Below are positions 11,636 through 24,669 of a stretch of 64,000 bases of DNA, piece after piece. A model generated the notes under the pieces. That model was given only the letters and a program-made list of their open reading frames with translations, was not told where the DNA came from and did no database searches. The position numbers were made by a program, and so were the translations under genes. Location of the stretch: the NCBI RefSeq assembly GCF_006345805.1, contig NC_042999.1, positions 170,934,001 through 170,998,000 of the forward strand. The letters run 5' to 3'. How positions within the stretch are numbered: the first letter of the stretch is position 1; the number at the start of each line of letters is the position of its first letter. The stretch is from Octopus sinensis (Eukaryota).

Positions 11636-12193
11636 AATTTATCATTAAGGTCTAGTGATTGTGTTTGAGTATGGTTTTGACTGTTCTATTTATTTGTCAA
11701 TTCAAACAAAATTCTAAAAGAAATATTTAAAGTAACAGATATCAGGATAACATATGGCTGAAGTCAGATCTGTAAACATTCATTCAAGTCCATGCTCAAT
11801 AATATAAGTACACACACTTTCCCACATACTCACAGAAATGAATATGCTGAAACAATACAGGCGAAACATAAAACACGTAATCTATTCTACCTTGAATTTC
11901 TAAGTTTAATGTCAATCGATGCCATACATATCTATACTGGAAATCATACTCGCATATATACATGCATATGTGTGCAAAATATTTATTTAAGTCTAATTAT
12001 CGATGCATGCAACCTCTAAGGCATGAATGCGCACGTAAAAAGCGTGTCAACGCTGCTGGAAAAAAATGATGTGGCGCTTGTAGTGTTCAGGATTTATACA
12101 CATTGAATATTAAAAAAAAATAGCCATGAGATTTGAGACAAAGAGATGTTTCTAACAATTATTCTATTTTGAAGTATTGAAATTTGATATTGC

Positions 12194-12457
12194 AAAGTCA
12201 AATAAATGGTGTTGAACCGTCTGTATTAAATCAAGGAAACTGATATTTTTGAACCATTTAGAATATTTATTATATCATTCGTAGAATCAAACCATGGATT
12301 TACCTGATGATACTGGTAATAAAGCATTGCATTGAAAAGTCAAATAAATGGGTGTTGAACTGTCTGTATTGAATCAAGGAAACTAATATTTTTGAACCAT
12401 TTGATTCGTAGAATCAAACCATGGAGTTACTTAAAGATACTGGTAATAAAACATTGT
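12194..12457 (+). repeat. Two-copy tandem duplication (~140 and ~120 bp units)
   Basis: aaagtcaaataaatgg..ggtaataaa.cattg is repeated at 12194 and 12336, with an internal deletion in copy 2. Confidence 0.9.
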
Positions 12458-14224
12458 AGCAAGTTAATTTCAAATGTTGTTTTCATTATGATTTGGTAAA
12501 GTGAAAAAGTACGGCACATATACCTATTTGAGAAGCAACCCTATCATATGACATGCATAATTGTATATTTGAGAAATATAATCTATTCAAACCTATAGGG
12601 GATCCATACACTCTGTACAACGTAATATATATAATTAAATATAAGAAAATTTCACGCGATACGTCTTCTTTAATAGATAAACATCAGCCCCGTTTACTTA
12701 TCAAAGAGAGTGTGGAAGAAATGATTCAGTTAGTTTGCTATGTGCGGAAAAGTTTTACACAGAGCAACTACTTTCATTAGTAATAGTGAAATGTATTTGT
12801 TTTTGTATTCATGACTTTTGAGTATAGGATAAGAAAGGTATTTTCAGAATAGATGAAATATATGCATATATATTTACATATATACATGCACACACTCTCA
12901 CACTTGTATTAATAGAGTGTGTTGATAATGCAGTAATAATGCTTCTATGCAAAAATCACAAATATTCAACAACAGCTTGTGTAAAATTGATTACTAAAAT
13001 CGCAGTCATTTTTGCTTAGCTGAATGTGTTTAAAGGGAATATAATATTGTTTATCACCTTTGCGTTGTATGCGTTCCTAATCAGTAGTCATTTGATACCA
13101 TGAATGCTTGTTCTGTGTTGGAGTACGTAAATGTAAAAAACACACACCTGCATATATATACGTAGGAGACAGAGGGTAACATGTTACTGGTAGTACAGTT
13201 GTAGATCAACATTTGCGTTGATGTGTACATATACTTACATACTTAAAATGTATATAGTATCTGTCCCACATTAATCGGCTGAAACGTTTATATCCATGTG
13301 TAAAACAATGTAGGTATGCAAGGTCATGTATTTATGGAATTACTCTCCACTGCTGGTGCGTTTAATCAAGTATATATGTATGAAAGTAAAAATTTAAAAG
13401 AAAACGTTTTCAAATAAGAAATGTTCTTATACAGGAGTTCGATTTGTATTTTACACAAGGTGAGTTTGCACACACAATTAAAGACAGGAACACCCATATT
13501 GCTGAGAAAGCTTCATACGTAAAAAAAAAAGATATGTTTGTATAAAAAGTATGCGTGTGTATAAAGTTTTAAGGTACGTTATACTTTAAATACATTTTGC
13601 AGTAGGAGAAAAATTGCATTTTGATATCCGGTTTCTGCTGCTACGGAGTTAAACAAAATTTGAAGAAGGTCATTTCAATACATGTATCCCCTGTATGGTA
13701 GGTTCATGTGAGATCAAATCAATTTTGTATTACCCCCAAACTTATGTCATTTCGATGAAAGGTACGCAACTTGTGATTTGTGTATTTCATGCCGTTTATA
13801 TTAGTTTAACAAGAGTTAAAGTTGTGTTCTAAGAAACACTTACAACATAATTTATTTTAAGTTGTCTGAATTACAAGAGAAATTGTTTTTAATTTTGAAG
13901 GTAGGACCCTGTTTGAAGTGGAAGCTACAGTTTCACCATTTGTTCAGTATTTTGTGTAACTTTGCCTAGTGGTTTCAACTTTCTCTTACATTTTATTATT
14001 GGATGGTTTTCTACAATGTCTTTCATTTGTTGGTCCTGTAACTTTAACATTAAGTCTATACAGGTGTTGATGAAAATGTCGGAGCTTTTTGGGTTGAATG
14101 CTTTCCTCGGTGTAAAAAGTAGATATTATTGTGGGTCGATTGGTTTAAAATGTCTCTTTCAAGCATTGCATTTTGTGTTGTTATTAGTATATCTTAAAAG
14201 GGGAACTTATTCTTTTCAAATCTA

Positions 14225-14480
14225 GGCACAAGGCCCGAAATCCATTAGTTATTAACTAAATATGCTATTTAGTCTATTATTTTCTTTTGCCGAAGCACTT
14301 GGTTACAGGAATGTAAACTCATTGTGAAGCGATGGTGGGGAACAAACACTAACACACACACACACCACGGGCTTCTACATAGTTTCTCTCTATCAAAGTC
14401 TCTCACAAGATATTGGTCGAATCGGGACTGTAGTAGAAGACAATTTTCAAAGGTGTTACACAGTAGGGCTAAACCTAAAA
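14225..14480 (-). mobile_element. Degenerate tRNA-derived SINE (family A)
   Basis: Reverse complement resembles 41459-41874 (gtcttctactacagtcccga..cttgtgag..tagaagcccgt..gtgtttgt). Confidence 0.6.
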
Positions 14481-16402
14481 GATGTTGGAATACTCACATG
14501 TAGTTGTCTCCATATTTTGTTTACGTCAGCCGAACTCTTATGTTATGTATAACTTTGGTTTCACGAAATACAAAATTTGTGTGTTGGTCATATATCTTAC
14601 GAAGTTGCACTGTAAAAAGAAAAAGAAAAAAGTAGATGGGCTGTAATAATCAAACAAAGTTTTGTATACAATATTGTTTTGTGTTACTTTTGAGGAATTT
14701 TTGAAACTGTTCATTTTATGGAGATGACATGATTCCAGGAAAAAAAATCAAAATTATATAATCTTTTTTGAAAATCCATCTCAGGTAAATGATTTTCGAA
14801 AAAAAAACCAACAAAGCAAAACAACTATACCAGCTTCTCCGACAGCTTTCATCCACCCATCTGCCCATATTTTAATACCTGTTGATCCAACAGGCAAAGT
14901 TGGTTGAAGCCACAATGTAGTCACTCGATATGCTAGCAATATTAGGAAAGTGTCTGAGAAATATATTTTCCAAACTTTTAATTTTGTAAATCACTTCTTA
15001 CCTCGCCCGTCGGAAAACAATACTCGTCGCACAATCATGATGCATGTTGAATCAACATACGAAATGATTTATGTCTATATGCGGTAAGAAATTTTCATTC
15101 ACATAATTCTGATATTTTCACATATAATGTAGAACAAGTTTAAAAATTTTAAATCCCCTTCTCCCGGCTTTAAGAATAATGACGCCTGTAACACTCCCAT
15201 TACCATTTCCCGCTCACCATCTTTCACGGAAATAACGAAAGATTGTCTCTGTAGATGTTTATTCTCAGTGTTTCTCACAAATGGATCAGCCCTTCTAGCG
15301 AGAGACTACATTAGCACGCTTCCAACTGTCGCTCTTGCTCCCACGGTTTAACCTTCCTTTCTCCCTGCATGGAAACTTCAACCGGTTGTTACGTAATTTC
15401 ATTTTAACTTCCTTGTTCTTGTTTAACAGAGTGGTTATCAAATTGACAAATATCTGAGTGCCTATGCGCATCAAAATATCAGAGTAATACGTTTCCATCT
15501 TCCTGTTTATTCACGAGGAGGCAGAATGTACTTTTCCTTCCATGAAGTTCTTTCTTGGACTAGTACTAAATATTTTAAAGCCTTTCTAGAAAAACTTCTG
15601 GAAATTACCGTTTAAGTCTTCAGACCGAAACTCTTATCTATTTTGAGTTTGTGAAATGAAAGATACATTATTTTCCTCAATAGATACGTCTTCACAGATT
15701 CCGATATGTTTGAAATTGGATTCTGCACTTAACCAAAAGGATTCTCCATAATTAGGTTCACTTCTTAGCTTTCAGTTGCATTTCCATCAACATTCAGAGT
15801 ACATAATAACAGAGTCTTTCATAGAAAGGAAAACGAAACTGCGGCAGGTAGTAAGGAGTTAAAAGTAGGGAGCAGACAAATCGAAATGTTTGAAAAATTG
15901 AAGCTCAATTTAAACATTTATATTCTGTTCAAGACATTGGTAAATGAAGAAGAATTATATGACGGAAAAATCAAATTTGTCTCCTCATATATAAAGAGAG
16001 TGACCAAAATATTTGCCTAGTAATTTAACGGAAAGGATTATAGCACGAGCAAAGAGATTTTCCAGTTAAGGGATGATTTATAAAGAATTACTCCAATGTT
16101 TCTCATAAGAAAGCAGTGCTTCTCCCTTAGGTGGGTTTTGGAGAGAAGAAAAGATGATTTGAAACATTTAATTCAGACTTAAAACAACTGCGAAGAAAGT
16201 AGAATTATACGAATGAAAATAACAGCTCGCTTATTTCTTAATGAAGCTGGGAGGGGGTGCAAATGAACCTACTGTTTTGGAGAAGGTTTATTAGAATGGG
16301 AAGGAACAAATGTACTGAAACATTCTTTATTTCTTTGTGGTATTTAGAATGGCGGCAGATGGGGAGGTTTTAAAAAATGTGACGGATATTCGACACGTTC
16401 GT

Positions 16403-16406
<4 letters not shown>

Positions 16407-16463
<57 letters not shown>

Positions 16464-18430
16464 GGAAGTAATCCAAACTTACAGGAAAAAATTAGATTTA
16501 GGATTAAATCTAATTTTATAGTATAAATATATATATATTATATTAAATTAGAGATAAAACCACTATTAGACTGCGGACTGGAGAACAGCGATAATCTGCC
16601 CAATTTTCAAGAAAGGGAGCCGCGAAGACCCGCTTAACTACTGACCGGTTTCCCTTACATCAATAATCAGCAAGATGTTCGAAACCATCCTTAAGAAAGG
16701 TATGATGCTCCACCTCCAAAACACAGCCTCTATCTCTGATTCCCAACACGGCTTCGTGCCGAAGAGATCATGCTGACCAACTTACTGGTAATGGAAGAAT
16801 TGGTGACGCGCATCCTCGATGATAGTGATGCTGTTGACATCGTTTTATTAGACTTTGCTAAAACTTTTGACTCGGTAAACCACCGCCTATTACTTGTCAA
16901 GCTTCAAGCATATAGTTTCCATCCGGATATTGTACGATGGGTTGGTGCCTTCCTCTCCGATCGCTCCTTCCAAGTCAAGTTAATGATTCGCTGTCCGACG
17001 TCACCAGTGCGAGCAGTGGCGTGCCTCAAGGTTCAGTGCCTGGGCCCTTATTGTTTTTAGTCTTCATAAATGATCTGCCCGACGACCTCACGCAACACAC
17101 CCTTCTATTTGCCGACGATATCAAACTGGTCGCTCCTCGCGGTGATATAGAGGATCTTCGTCGATGCCTCCACCAAATTTGGAGATGGTCTAACGTGTCT
17201 GAACGTGTCAAAGCGCTGCCATCTGCTTGTTGGCTCTCCTCCTGCAACTCAACTTGATTTCGAGCCGGGTCGTCTGCTGCTGGAGAGGACCGGTCAGGTA
17301 AAGGACTTGGGTATCTTGGTGGATTCCTCCTTTTCGCCTTCGGCCCAGTGCGTCCATGCTGCCAAAAAAGCACGCGGAGTTCTGTTCTTGATTCGACGGT
17401 CATTCGGAATGCTCACAGCAGCCATATTCCTACCGCTCTATGTCACGCTGGTGAGACGCTCAAAGGCATACAGCATCTCGAGAGTGTCCAGAAGCTGGCT
17501 ACCCGCATGGTTCTTGGTCTCAAGAATTTGTCTTATGAGGAAAGGCTGAAGACGCTCGACCTTTATTCTCTAGAAAAACGGTGATCTCATTCTTGCTCAC
17601 ATCATAAGCGGAAAGTGTAACCTCTCGAAAGAGCTGTTCTTCACTCCTGCTCCAGAGCGTGGGCTGCGGGGTCATTCCGAAAAGCTCTATCTGCGACGAT
17701 TTCATCTCAATCGAAGGAGAGAGGCTTTCTCCGCCCGGGTTGCGGATCCGTGAAATAAGCTGCCGGACGAGATGGTGAAGATGCCGACGACCGCTCGGTT
17801 CAAAGTCTCCCTTGACCACAAGTGGCCTGAACTATTTACATGAACACCACCCTGTACATAACTCCATGTCCCCCTACATGGCCTTGCTTTTTGCTTTTTG
17901 AGCCAAAAGATTAACTAACTACCTAGGCAAATCAAACAGTGAAAATCATAAACCAATACATAGAAATAAAATTAATTAATAAAAAATATATAAAAAATAT
18001 AAAATATAAAATTCCAAATTAAAATATTTAAACTAAAGTTAAAATTTTAAAGGTTTTCCATTTAATTCTAGAAACAAAATCCTTAATATTATTAATAAGT
18101 TTCAAAATATATTCTTTTCTAGAAGGTATTGGAATATTCTTCAAAGATGAATTCCAAAATAGCGGTTCTATCTTACCTGTAAATTCTAAAATTTACGAAA
18201 TTAAGATATTACACTCAATATACGTAATTTATCAATATATTAATTAATGATAATAATATTAGGGAGTAAATCCAAGTATAAATATATATATACATATTAT
18301 ATTAAATTAGAGATAAAACCACTATTAGGCAAATCAAACAGTGAAAATCATAAACCAATACATAGAAATAAAATTTGGCTTATGATCTTCACTGTTTGAT
18401 TTGCCTAATAGTGGTTTTATCTATAATAAT
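16407..18430. mobile_element. Partial-tandem/inverted repeat of probable Penelope-like pLTR origin, interrupted by a CR1 LINE
   Basis: The unit ..ttagagataaaaccactattaggcaaatcaaacagtgaaaatcataaacc.. is split at 16569/17924, intact at 18308-18375 and inverted at 18380-18422. It lies between (TA)n tracts. The PLE assignment is inferred from this architecture. Confidence 0.5.
16570..17923 (+). mobile_element. 5'-truncated CR1-clade LINE (RT fragment plus 3' UTR)
   Basis: [77 protein letters not shown]. Ends in short actaact repeats. Frameshifted. Confidence 0.92.
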
Positions 18431-18632
18431 ATGAAAATATAATATATATATATATATATATGACCTCCCTTCTCAAATAATAATCGAACATAGAATGTAT
18501 GTCGTTAGCCAGATGGAAGAGATGTCTTCCTGGGGCTATAAACGTCAGTAGCAGTCCTGTATAGGACACCACACTTGGTTGGCAATTATATGTTACGATT
18601 CCGTATTGCTACTGTGTGCATCTCGCTCAGAG

Positions 18633-18678
<46 letters not shown>

Positions 18679-19409
18679 TAATGTGGTCGACTGTTAGTTG
18701 TGTACCAAGATAACACCCTATAACTACATCAGAACACTGAATCTGAAGTGCACTATCTTTGGGAAAGTTACATTTTCAGAATATGAAAATGAATGAAAAA
18801 GTTTCTGTTGATTTCTATGGAAAGTTCTATCCGAAGGTAGAAAAACGTATGAAAATATACACATGCGCTTACGATATAATTAAAAGGGAGATATATGGGT
18901 AGACGCGCACACACTTTCACACACACAGACACACACGTACGTCGACACACAGACGTACTCAGAAAATCACACACACAATGCAGAGATAGGGGATTTATGT
19001 ATGTATCTATATAAATTCACATATACGTGGTTTATGTATGTCTATATGTCGACTACCACAGTTGTTGGAGTAAGAGGGGAAGAGAGGAAGGTTTGTAAGG
19101 TCATGATGATTGTTTAAGAGATAAGAGATGAATCATAGACTATTGATTTTAAGTATTGGTCATCCCAGTGCTTAGGCGTTTTTGTGTTTTTGTCTTGGTT
19201 GTGCGTCCATGCGTCTCGCTTGACATTTTTATAGTCGGACTACATAGTGGATCAATTAAGAAGACTTGGTTGTGTAGGCACGAATACCCACACACATACT
19301 CACACATACATACACATATACATAAAATGAACCTGTCCATACATATAAATATTGACATACATACAAACATAAACAGAGATTTTCAGAATATACAAACACA
19401 TACACACCT

Positions 19410-19452
<43 letters not shown>

Positions 19453-19499
19453 CAGTTATCGCCAAGCTAATATGGCAGTCCATAAATATAAGACTTTAT

Positions 19500-19860
19500 A
19501 TCTCTATATACATAAAACTGAGAATGTGTATCTGTCTGTTTGTCTGTTTGTGTGTTTCCCTAAAACTTGAGAACTACGCAACCAACTTCATTCAAATTTT
19601 ACACATGCCTTACTTAGGGTCCGGGGAGTGTCATCGGCAAAAATATTTTAAACTTTTTGCCTAGTGCGAGCCCACAGCAATATCGTATCTTCTACACTAC
19701 AATTCCCTAAAACTTGAGAACTACACAACCAATTTCATTCAAATTTTTACACATGCCTTACTTAGGGTCCATGTAGTTTTATGGGCAAAAAATGTTCAAA
19801 TTCTTGCCTAGGGCGAGCCCATAGGAATATCATATCTTGTCCACTATTTCAGTATTACGT
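19500..19860 (+). mobile_element. Possible non-autonomous Helitron-like element with an internal tandem duplication
   Basis: Starts tctatatacataaaactgag..(ctgt/ttgt)n..ctaaaacttgagaactacgcaaccaacttcattcaaatttt, similar to 5' ends of known non-autonomous Helitron/HINE-type repeats. A ~150-bp unit is repeated at ~19556 and ~19704. Confidence 0.5.
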
Positions 19861-20139
19861 GTTATTTTATGTCAGATATTTCACTTTAACAATAAAAATT
19901 AGAGATAATAATAACAATTGAATTATATGCAGTAAGTAATAATTAAAATCAAATTAAGTATAATATAATCGTAACATAACAAAAGTAAAAATAGCAATTG
20001 GTATAAAATTGCATCAGTGACTTGAACTTGAATAGTTATGTACATATATGTATGTATATATGCATATATTTATATATTATTTATATTATAATATTATATA
20101 GTTACATACACACACACATATATGTGTGTGTATATGTGC

Positions 20140-20190
20140 TATTAAGTTAGACATGGCCTGGACCAATCTTTGGTCGAAACATATCTAAGT
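20140..20190 (+). mobile_element. Isolated 3' end of a CR1-type LINE
   Basis: gtgctattaagttagacatggcctggaccaa..ggtcgaaacatatc resembles the 3' end of the CR1 copy at 51455-51505. Confidence 0.55.
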
Positions 20191-20194
20191 TTTA

Positions 20195-20250
<56 letters not shown>

Positions 20251-20254
20251 TATA

Positions 20255-20459
20255 CTTTATTTAAAGCAGCAGAAAATTCAACAAAACATGTTACTCTGAG
20301 TTTCCCGTTGCCGTTCATCGGTTTTTGCTAGAATGGAACCGTTGAAGGGCAACGGGAAACTCAGAGTAACAGGTTTTGTTGAATTTTCTGCTGCTTTAAA
20401 TAAAGCATATTACTCTACCACTGGTATTTGAGTACTCTCTTTTCCACCTTGTTTTCTCC

Positions 20460-20460
<1 letters not shown>
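20255..20460. mobile_element. Foldback (58-bp arms) of probable PLE pLTR origin between (TA)n tracts
   Basis: 20255-20312 is the reverse complement of 20348-20405 with one mismatch. Confidence 0.75.
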
Positions 20461-20520
<60 letters not shown>

Positions 20521-20897
20521 TGAGATAGGGGTTGTAAGAGCAACCCTCCATGGGATAACATATATCCAATATACTGCTAGTGAAGTACCCAACAAAGTAA
20601 TACATAAATGTTAAGAATTGCGATGCAGTTAATTCATTTACTGTATTATATGGGCAAAGGTAAAATGTTTTACCACAAATTAATAATACAAAATAAGAAA
20701 ATGGAGAAAAACATCTTAATCAATGATCAACTACCAGATAATACCCAATCACATAATTTATTAAACCACTACATATGAACATTAAGGTCAAACATAATAA
20801 TATAGAACAAAACAATGCACATGAAAGAGTAATATAATACAATATGTACAGTATGTATAAGTGAATATAAATAAATACAAATATAAATATAAACTAC

Positions 20898-20987
20898 ATC
20901 TTACAGCTGTTTCAGCCATGTGTGATAGATTAATATGTAGTTATAAATTAGATACTTACAAAAATATCACAAGGCCTCTTCAGAGAT
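20898..20987 (-). ncRNA. Minimal type I hammerhead ribozyme motif (PLE type)
   Basis: Minus strand reads AUCU-CUGAAGA-GGCC-(55 nt)-GGCU-GAAA-CAGCUG-UA-AGAU. All core nucleotides are present, with stems I and II and a palindromic stem III. Confidence 0.7.
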
Positions 20988-21114
20988 TATGAAGAACAAA
21001 CTAAATTAAATATGAAAATCAGAGGAGGTACACCTATACAATAGTGGGTACATACCCATAATATATAATATATAATATAATATACACATACATATGAGTG
21101 CATATATCCATACT

Positions 21115-21166
<52 letters not shown>

Positions 21167-21479
21167 ATATATATACATATATATAATAATAATAATAAAA
21201 ATATACAGCAATATACATACATATGTTCTATATTCAAGGTTACAGTTAGTCACAACAATATAGAAACATACACATATCTATATTCAAATACAGATATACA
21301 AAGTCAATAATTCATTATATTAAGTTACAAAATGCCATTAATATTAATATCATTACTATTACCATTGCCACTATTGCTACTAATATCATTATTATTATTA
21401 TTATTATTAATAATGGCATTAGCAACAAAATAGCAAAAACAACAACAATAATACAGTACCATGCAAAGCATTAAGATCG

Positions 21480-21990
21480 GCAGATACATATAAAAAGAAA
21501 GATGGAAAACATTGATTTACATAGTAGAAAATTCCACAGGTGTACACCTGTGGAATTCTTTTTATACCCCATATCCATTCCAGTTCACCACGTTTGACTA
21601 CGTAATCGATTCCACCTCCACTTCCTCTTCTGCCGCTCCTAGGATGGCTGTTGCCAGCCATTCTGTTTTTACTTCTTGGGGTATATTCGGGATTTTAACT
21701 CGAACCCCTCTTCTTCCCTTGTATGAGAGCCACATGGTGAATTTTTCCGCTCTTAGTACGGTGGTAGCCAGCGAGGCTGCAATCTCCTCTGTTGCACACC
21801 TCACCTCCACCGTACCAAATTTCTTGCCTCTACTCACGTAAGTAATTTTTTACATTATGTCTCCCAGACATTTCTCGATTTCGTCTATCTCAATTCTTGC
21901 CAGTTTCCTTGTACTCCTGTCTTGGGTTCTGTTGGTCAATGTCTTGTTTTCCTTGTCCTCTTTTGTTTTCGCGGGGGTGGGGGGGGGTGG
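21480..21990 (-). mobile_element. Probable L1/Tx1-like LINE ORF1 fragment
   Basis: Stop-interrupted frame ..RIEIDEIEKCLGDIM*KITYVSRGKKFGTVEVRCATEEIAASL..RRGVRVKIPNIP... The assignment is inferred, with no database confirmation. Confidence 0.5.
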
Positions 21991-22574
21991 ATTAGCTTCA
22001 CGCTATCACCCTCCCTTTTGAAAAGTTTCTCGTATTCTTTAAGTTTTCTTTCTCAACGAATACTTCTCTTATAATTAGTGACGAATCAATATAATTAGTG
22101 ACGAATACACTATCAATTTCACCCACAGAAAAAATCAACGTCTTATCACAACGAACAACACTTAGACAATAAACGATGAATAACTGACAAATTTTCAAGC
22201 GGTTTACCACATTTAAATAAGAAATGAAATTCACTGAAAAGTTAACTTTAGTTCATCATGCAAATAATAGCCAATGGGAATATTCCACTCTCTACTATAA
22301 AAAAATTATTTAAGATTACAGGTTTGTGCATAAGTGTTCACTGGATCTAATGATCTAATTGGACCGTATTTTCAAAAAGCTTTTATATTCTAAAAAATTA
22401 TATTTTAAAGTTTAAGAAAATTATAAGACACTAAATATTTATGCTTACAACATACTAAAATGTCTGTAATATTTTATATAGGGGTGAATAAATGAATTCT
22501 TGTGTCCCCTATATCTAATTTTAAAATTATTAGTACTCCCTATATACATTTTCCTAAGTCCGCTGCATTAAACT

Positions 22575-22645
22575 AATAAACCTGTTTGCTATTTACACAC
22601 CTGTCTTCGTCTTTTGTTCGTTTCTTTTGTAAATTCCAAATATAT
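22575..22645 (+). mobile_element. Short 3' fragment of the PLE-like repeat also seen at 63640-63845
   Basis: ctgtttg..cacacctgtcttcgtcttttgtt..ttttgtaaattc followed by (TA)n, similar to 63783-63835. Confidence 0.6.
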
Positions 22646-22667
22646 ATGTATGTATGTGTGTGTATGC

Positions 22668-22754
<87 letters not shown>

Positions 22755-22824
22755 ATTTCGTAGACAGGAACTGAAACAAATCGATCGTATATATATATGT
22801 ATGTATATATGTAAGTGTATGTGT

Positions 22825-23949
22825 TTTGGTATTGGCAACATGAATGACAATGGCCAGAGACTACTTGAATTTTGCACATACCATAACCTGTGCATCACTA
22901 ACACATTCTTTGCCAACAAGACATCCCACAAGGCATCTTGGAGACATCCAAGATCTCATCACTGGCATCAGCTGGATCTCATCATTACACGAAGACCCTT
23001 TCTGAATTCTGTTCAACTGATTCGTAGTTACCACAGCGCGGATTGTGACACAGATCATTCACTAATAAGAAGTAGGGTGGGGATTCTGCCTAAAAAGTCC
23101 ATCACTCCAAGAAAATGGGCCGATCACGCATTAACACTGCCAGAACCTCCGACCCTACACTGCGACAATGTTTTGCTGTTTCAATCAAAGTTGCCCTCAG
23201 TAGCTGCCCAACCATCTCTGCTGAAAGTAGGTGGAATTATATCAGGGAAGCTTTGTATGCCACATTAATAGATACTTTCGGCATGAGAGAAAAGCAAAAC
23301 CCAGATTTTGTTCAGTGCTGGGCTCTCAGAGCTGGAAACAGTTATCGAAACAAAGCGTGCAGCTCTGATGAAATACAAGAGTGATTCTTCTATAAAGTCA
23401 CTCGAAGAACCCAGAAAGGCAAGAAATAAAACCCAACTGACTGCCAGACGCTGTGCAACTAGGTATTGGCAGGACATCTGTCAGAGAATCCAGTCAGCTG
23501 CTGACAGTGGCAACACCCGTGGGATGTGTGCCGGTTTGAAGAAAGCCCTCGGTCCATCCGCAACCAAGTCAGCCCGTCTGAAATCAACTACTAGGGATCT
23601 CATCAAGGACCAAAGCAAGCAAATGGATAGATGGGTGGAGTACTACCAGGATCTCTACTCACGAGAGACCACGGTAGCTGAGGCTGCAATCGAGGGTGTC
23701 AAGATCTTGCCATTCATGTGTGAACTTGACAGTCTGCCACCTATAGCAGAGCTCACCAAGGCTATTGACTCCCTAGCAAGTAACAAGGCTCCGGGAAAAG
23801 ACGGCATCCCCTTAGAGATCATCAAAACCGGCAAAAACACCATCCCGCTTCGGCACATTCATGAGCTTCTGTGTCAGTGCTGGGAAGAGGGTACAGTCCC
23901 TTGGGATATGCGGGATGCTATCATCATTACGCTTTACAAAAACAAAGGT
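22825..23949 (+). mobile_element. RTE-clade LINE fragment (APE endonuclease C-terminus to RT N-terminus)
   Basis: [48 protein letters not shown]; KAPGKDGIPLEII; WEEGTVPWDMRDAIIITLYKNKG. Confidence 0.92.
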
Positions 23950-24440
23950 AACCATCTAAGAGATGAACGCAGTAGTTGTACTGACAAGTAACATTCGTAG
24001 CCACTTCAACATAGCTGTTCCATTCGAGCGAAATTTACTGCGATTTTAAACCCCAAGGCGACATCCGATATATTGCAAGCCGCGGAACGAACTCCTACTA
24101 CCGTCTAGCATATTATCTTCCTTTCCTTAGCCCACCTGTATATTGCGTTCAACTTACGTTGCAGATGCACAACATCTCTAGGGTTCTGTGTCCCCTGAGT
24201 GACTTTCGTATCGTCTGTATAGCTAGCAAGGGTAACTACTTGAGCAGATGATGGCATGTCAGAGAGGGTCACTATGAATGGCAGGGGCCCCAAGACAGTA
24301 CCCAGTGGAACACCACTCATTATTTGGGTTTTCTTGGAGATTACCTCATTGACCACCACTACCTGACTTCTATCATTTTGAAAGTCATGTAGCCATTTTC
24401 CGGTATGCTTGTTCCCAAACAACACTTATTTTAATGCTGT
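23950..24440 (-). mobile_element. CR1-clade LINE RT fragment
   Basis: NDRSQVVVVN..SGVPLGTVLGPLPFIV..SYTDDTKV (degenerate GVPQG and YADD motifs). Confidence 0.85.
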
Positions 24441-24669
24441 TGACACCGGCGGATTGTATGGTACTGCCCAGGTGTTGAAACCATAATGATATCCGTAGGT
24501 CGGCTGATGATGGAGATATGTTGGATTGTTGGTATGGCTCTTTTTGTATATGTAGAATAGTGTTATAACACATGATTATATATATATATATTTCAAGTTA
24601 TTTTTGTAAAGATGTCTGAAATAAAAGGAAAACGGGCAATCATGATGTTTAATTTATCTTAGCATTAGA

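Noticed and set aside
14879-14953. Possible 75-nt minus-strand exon (AG..GT bounded, HFPNIASISSDYIVASTNFACWIN)
   Set aside because: No recognisable homology and no partner exons found. Such frames arise by chance, and RNA-seq would be needed.
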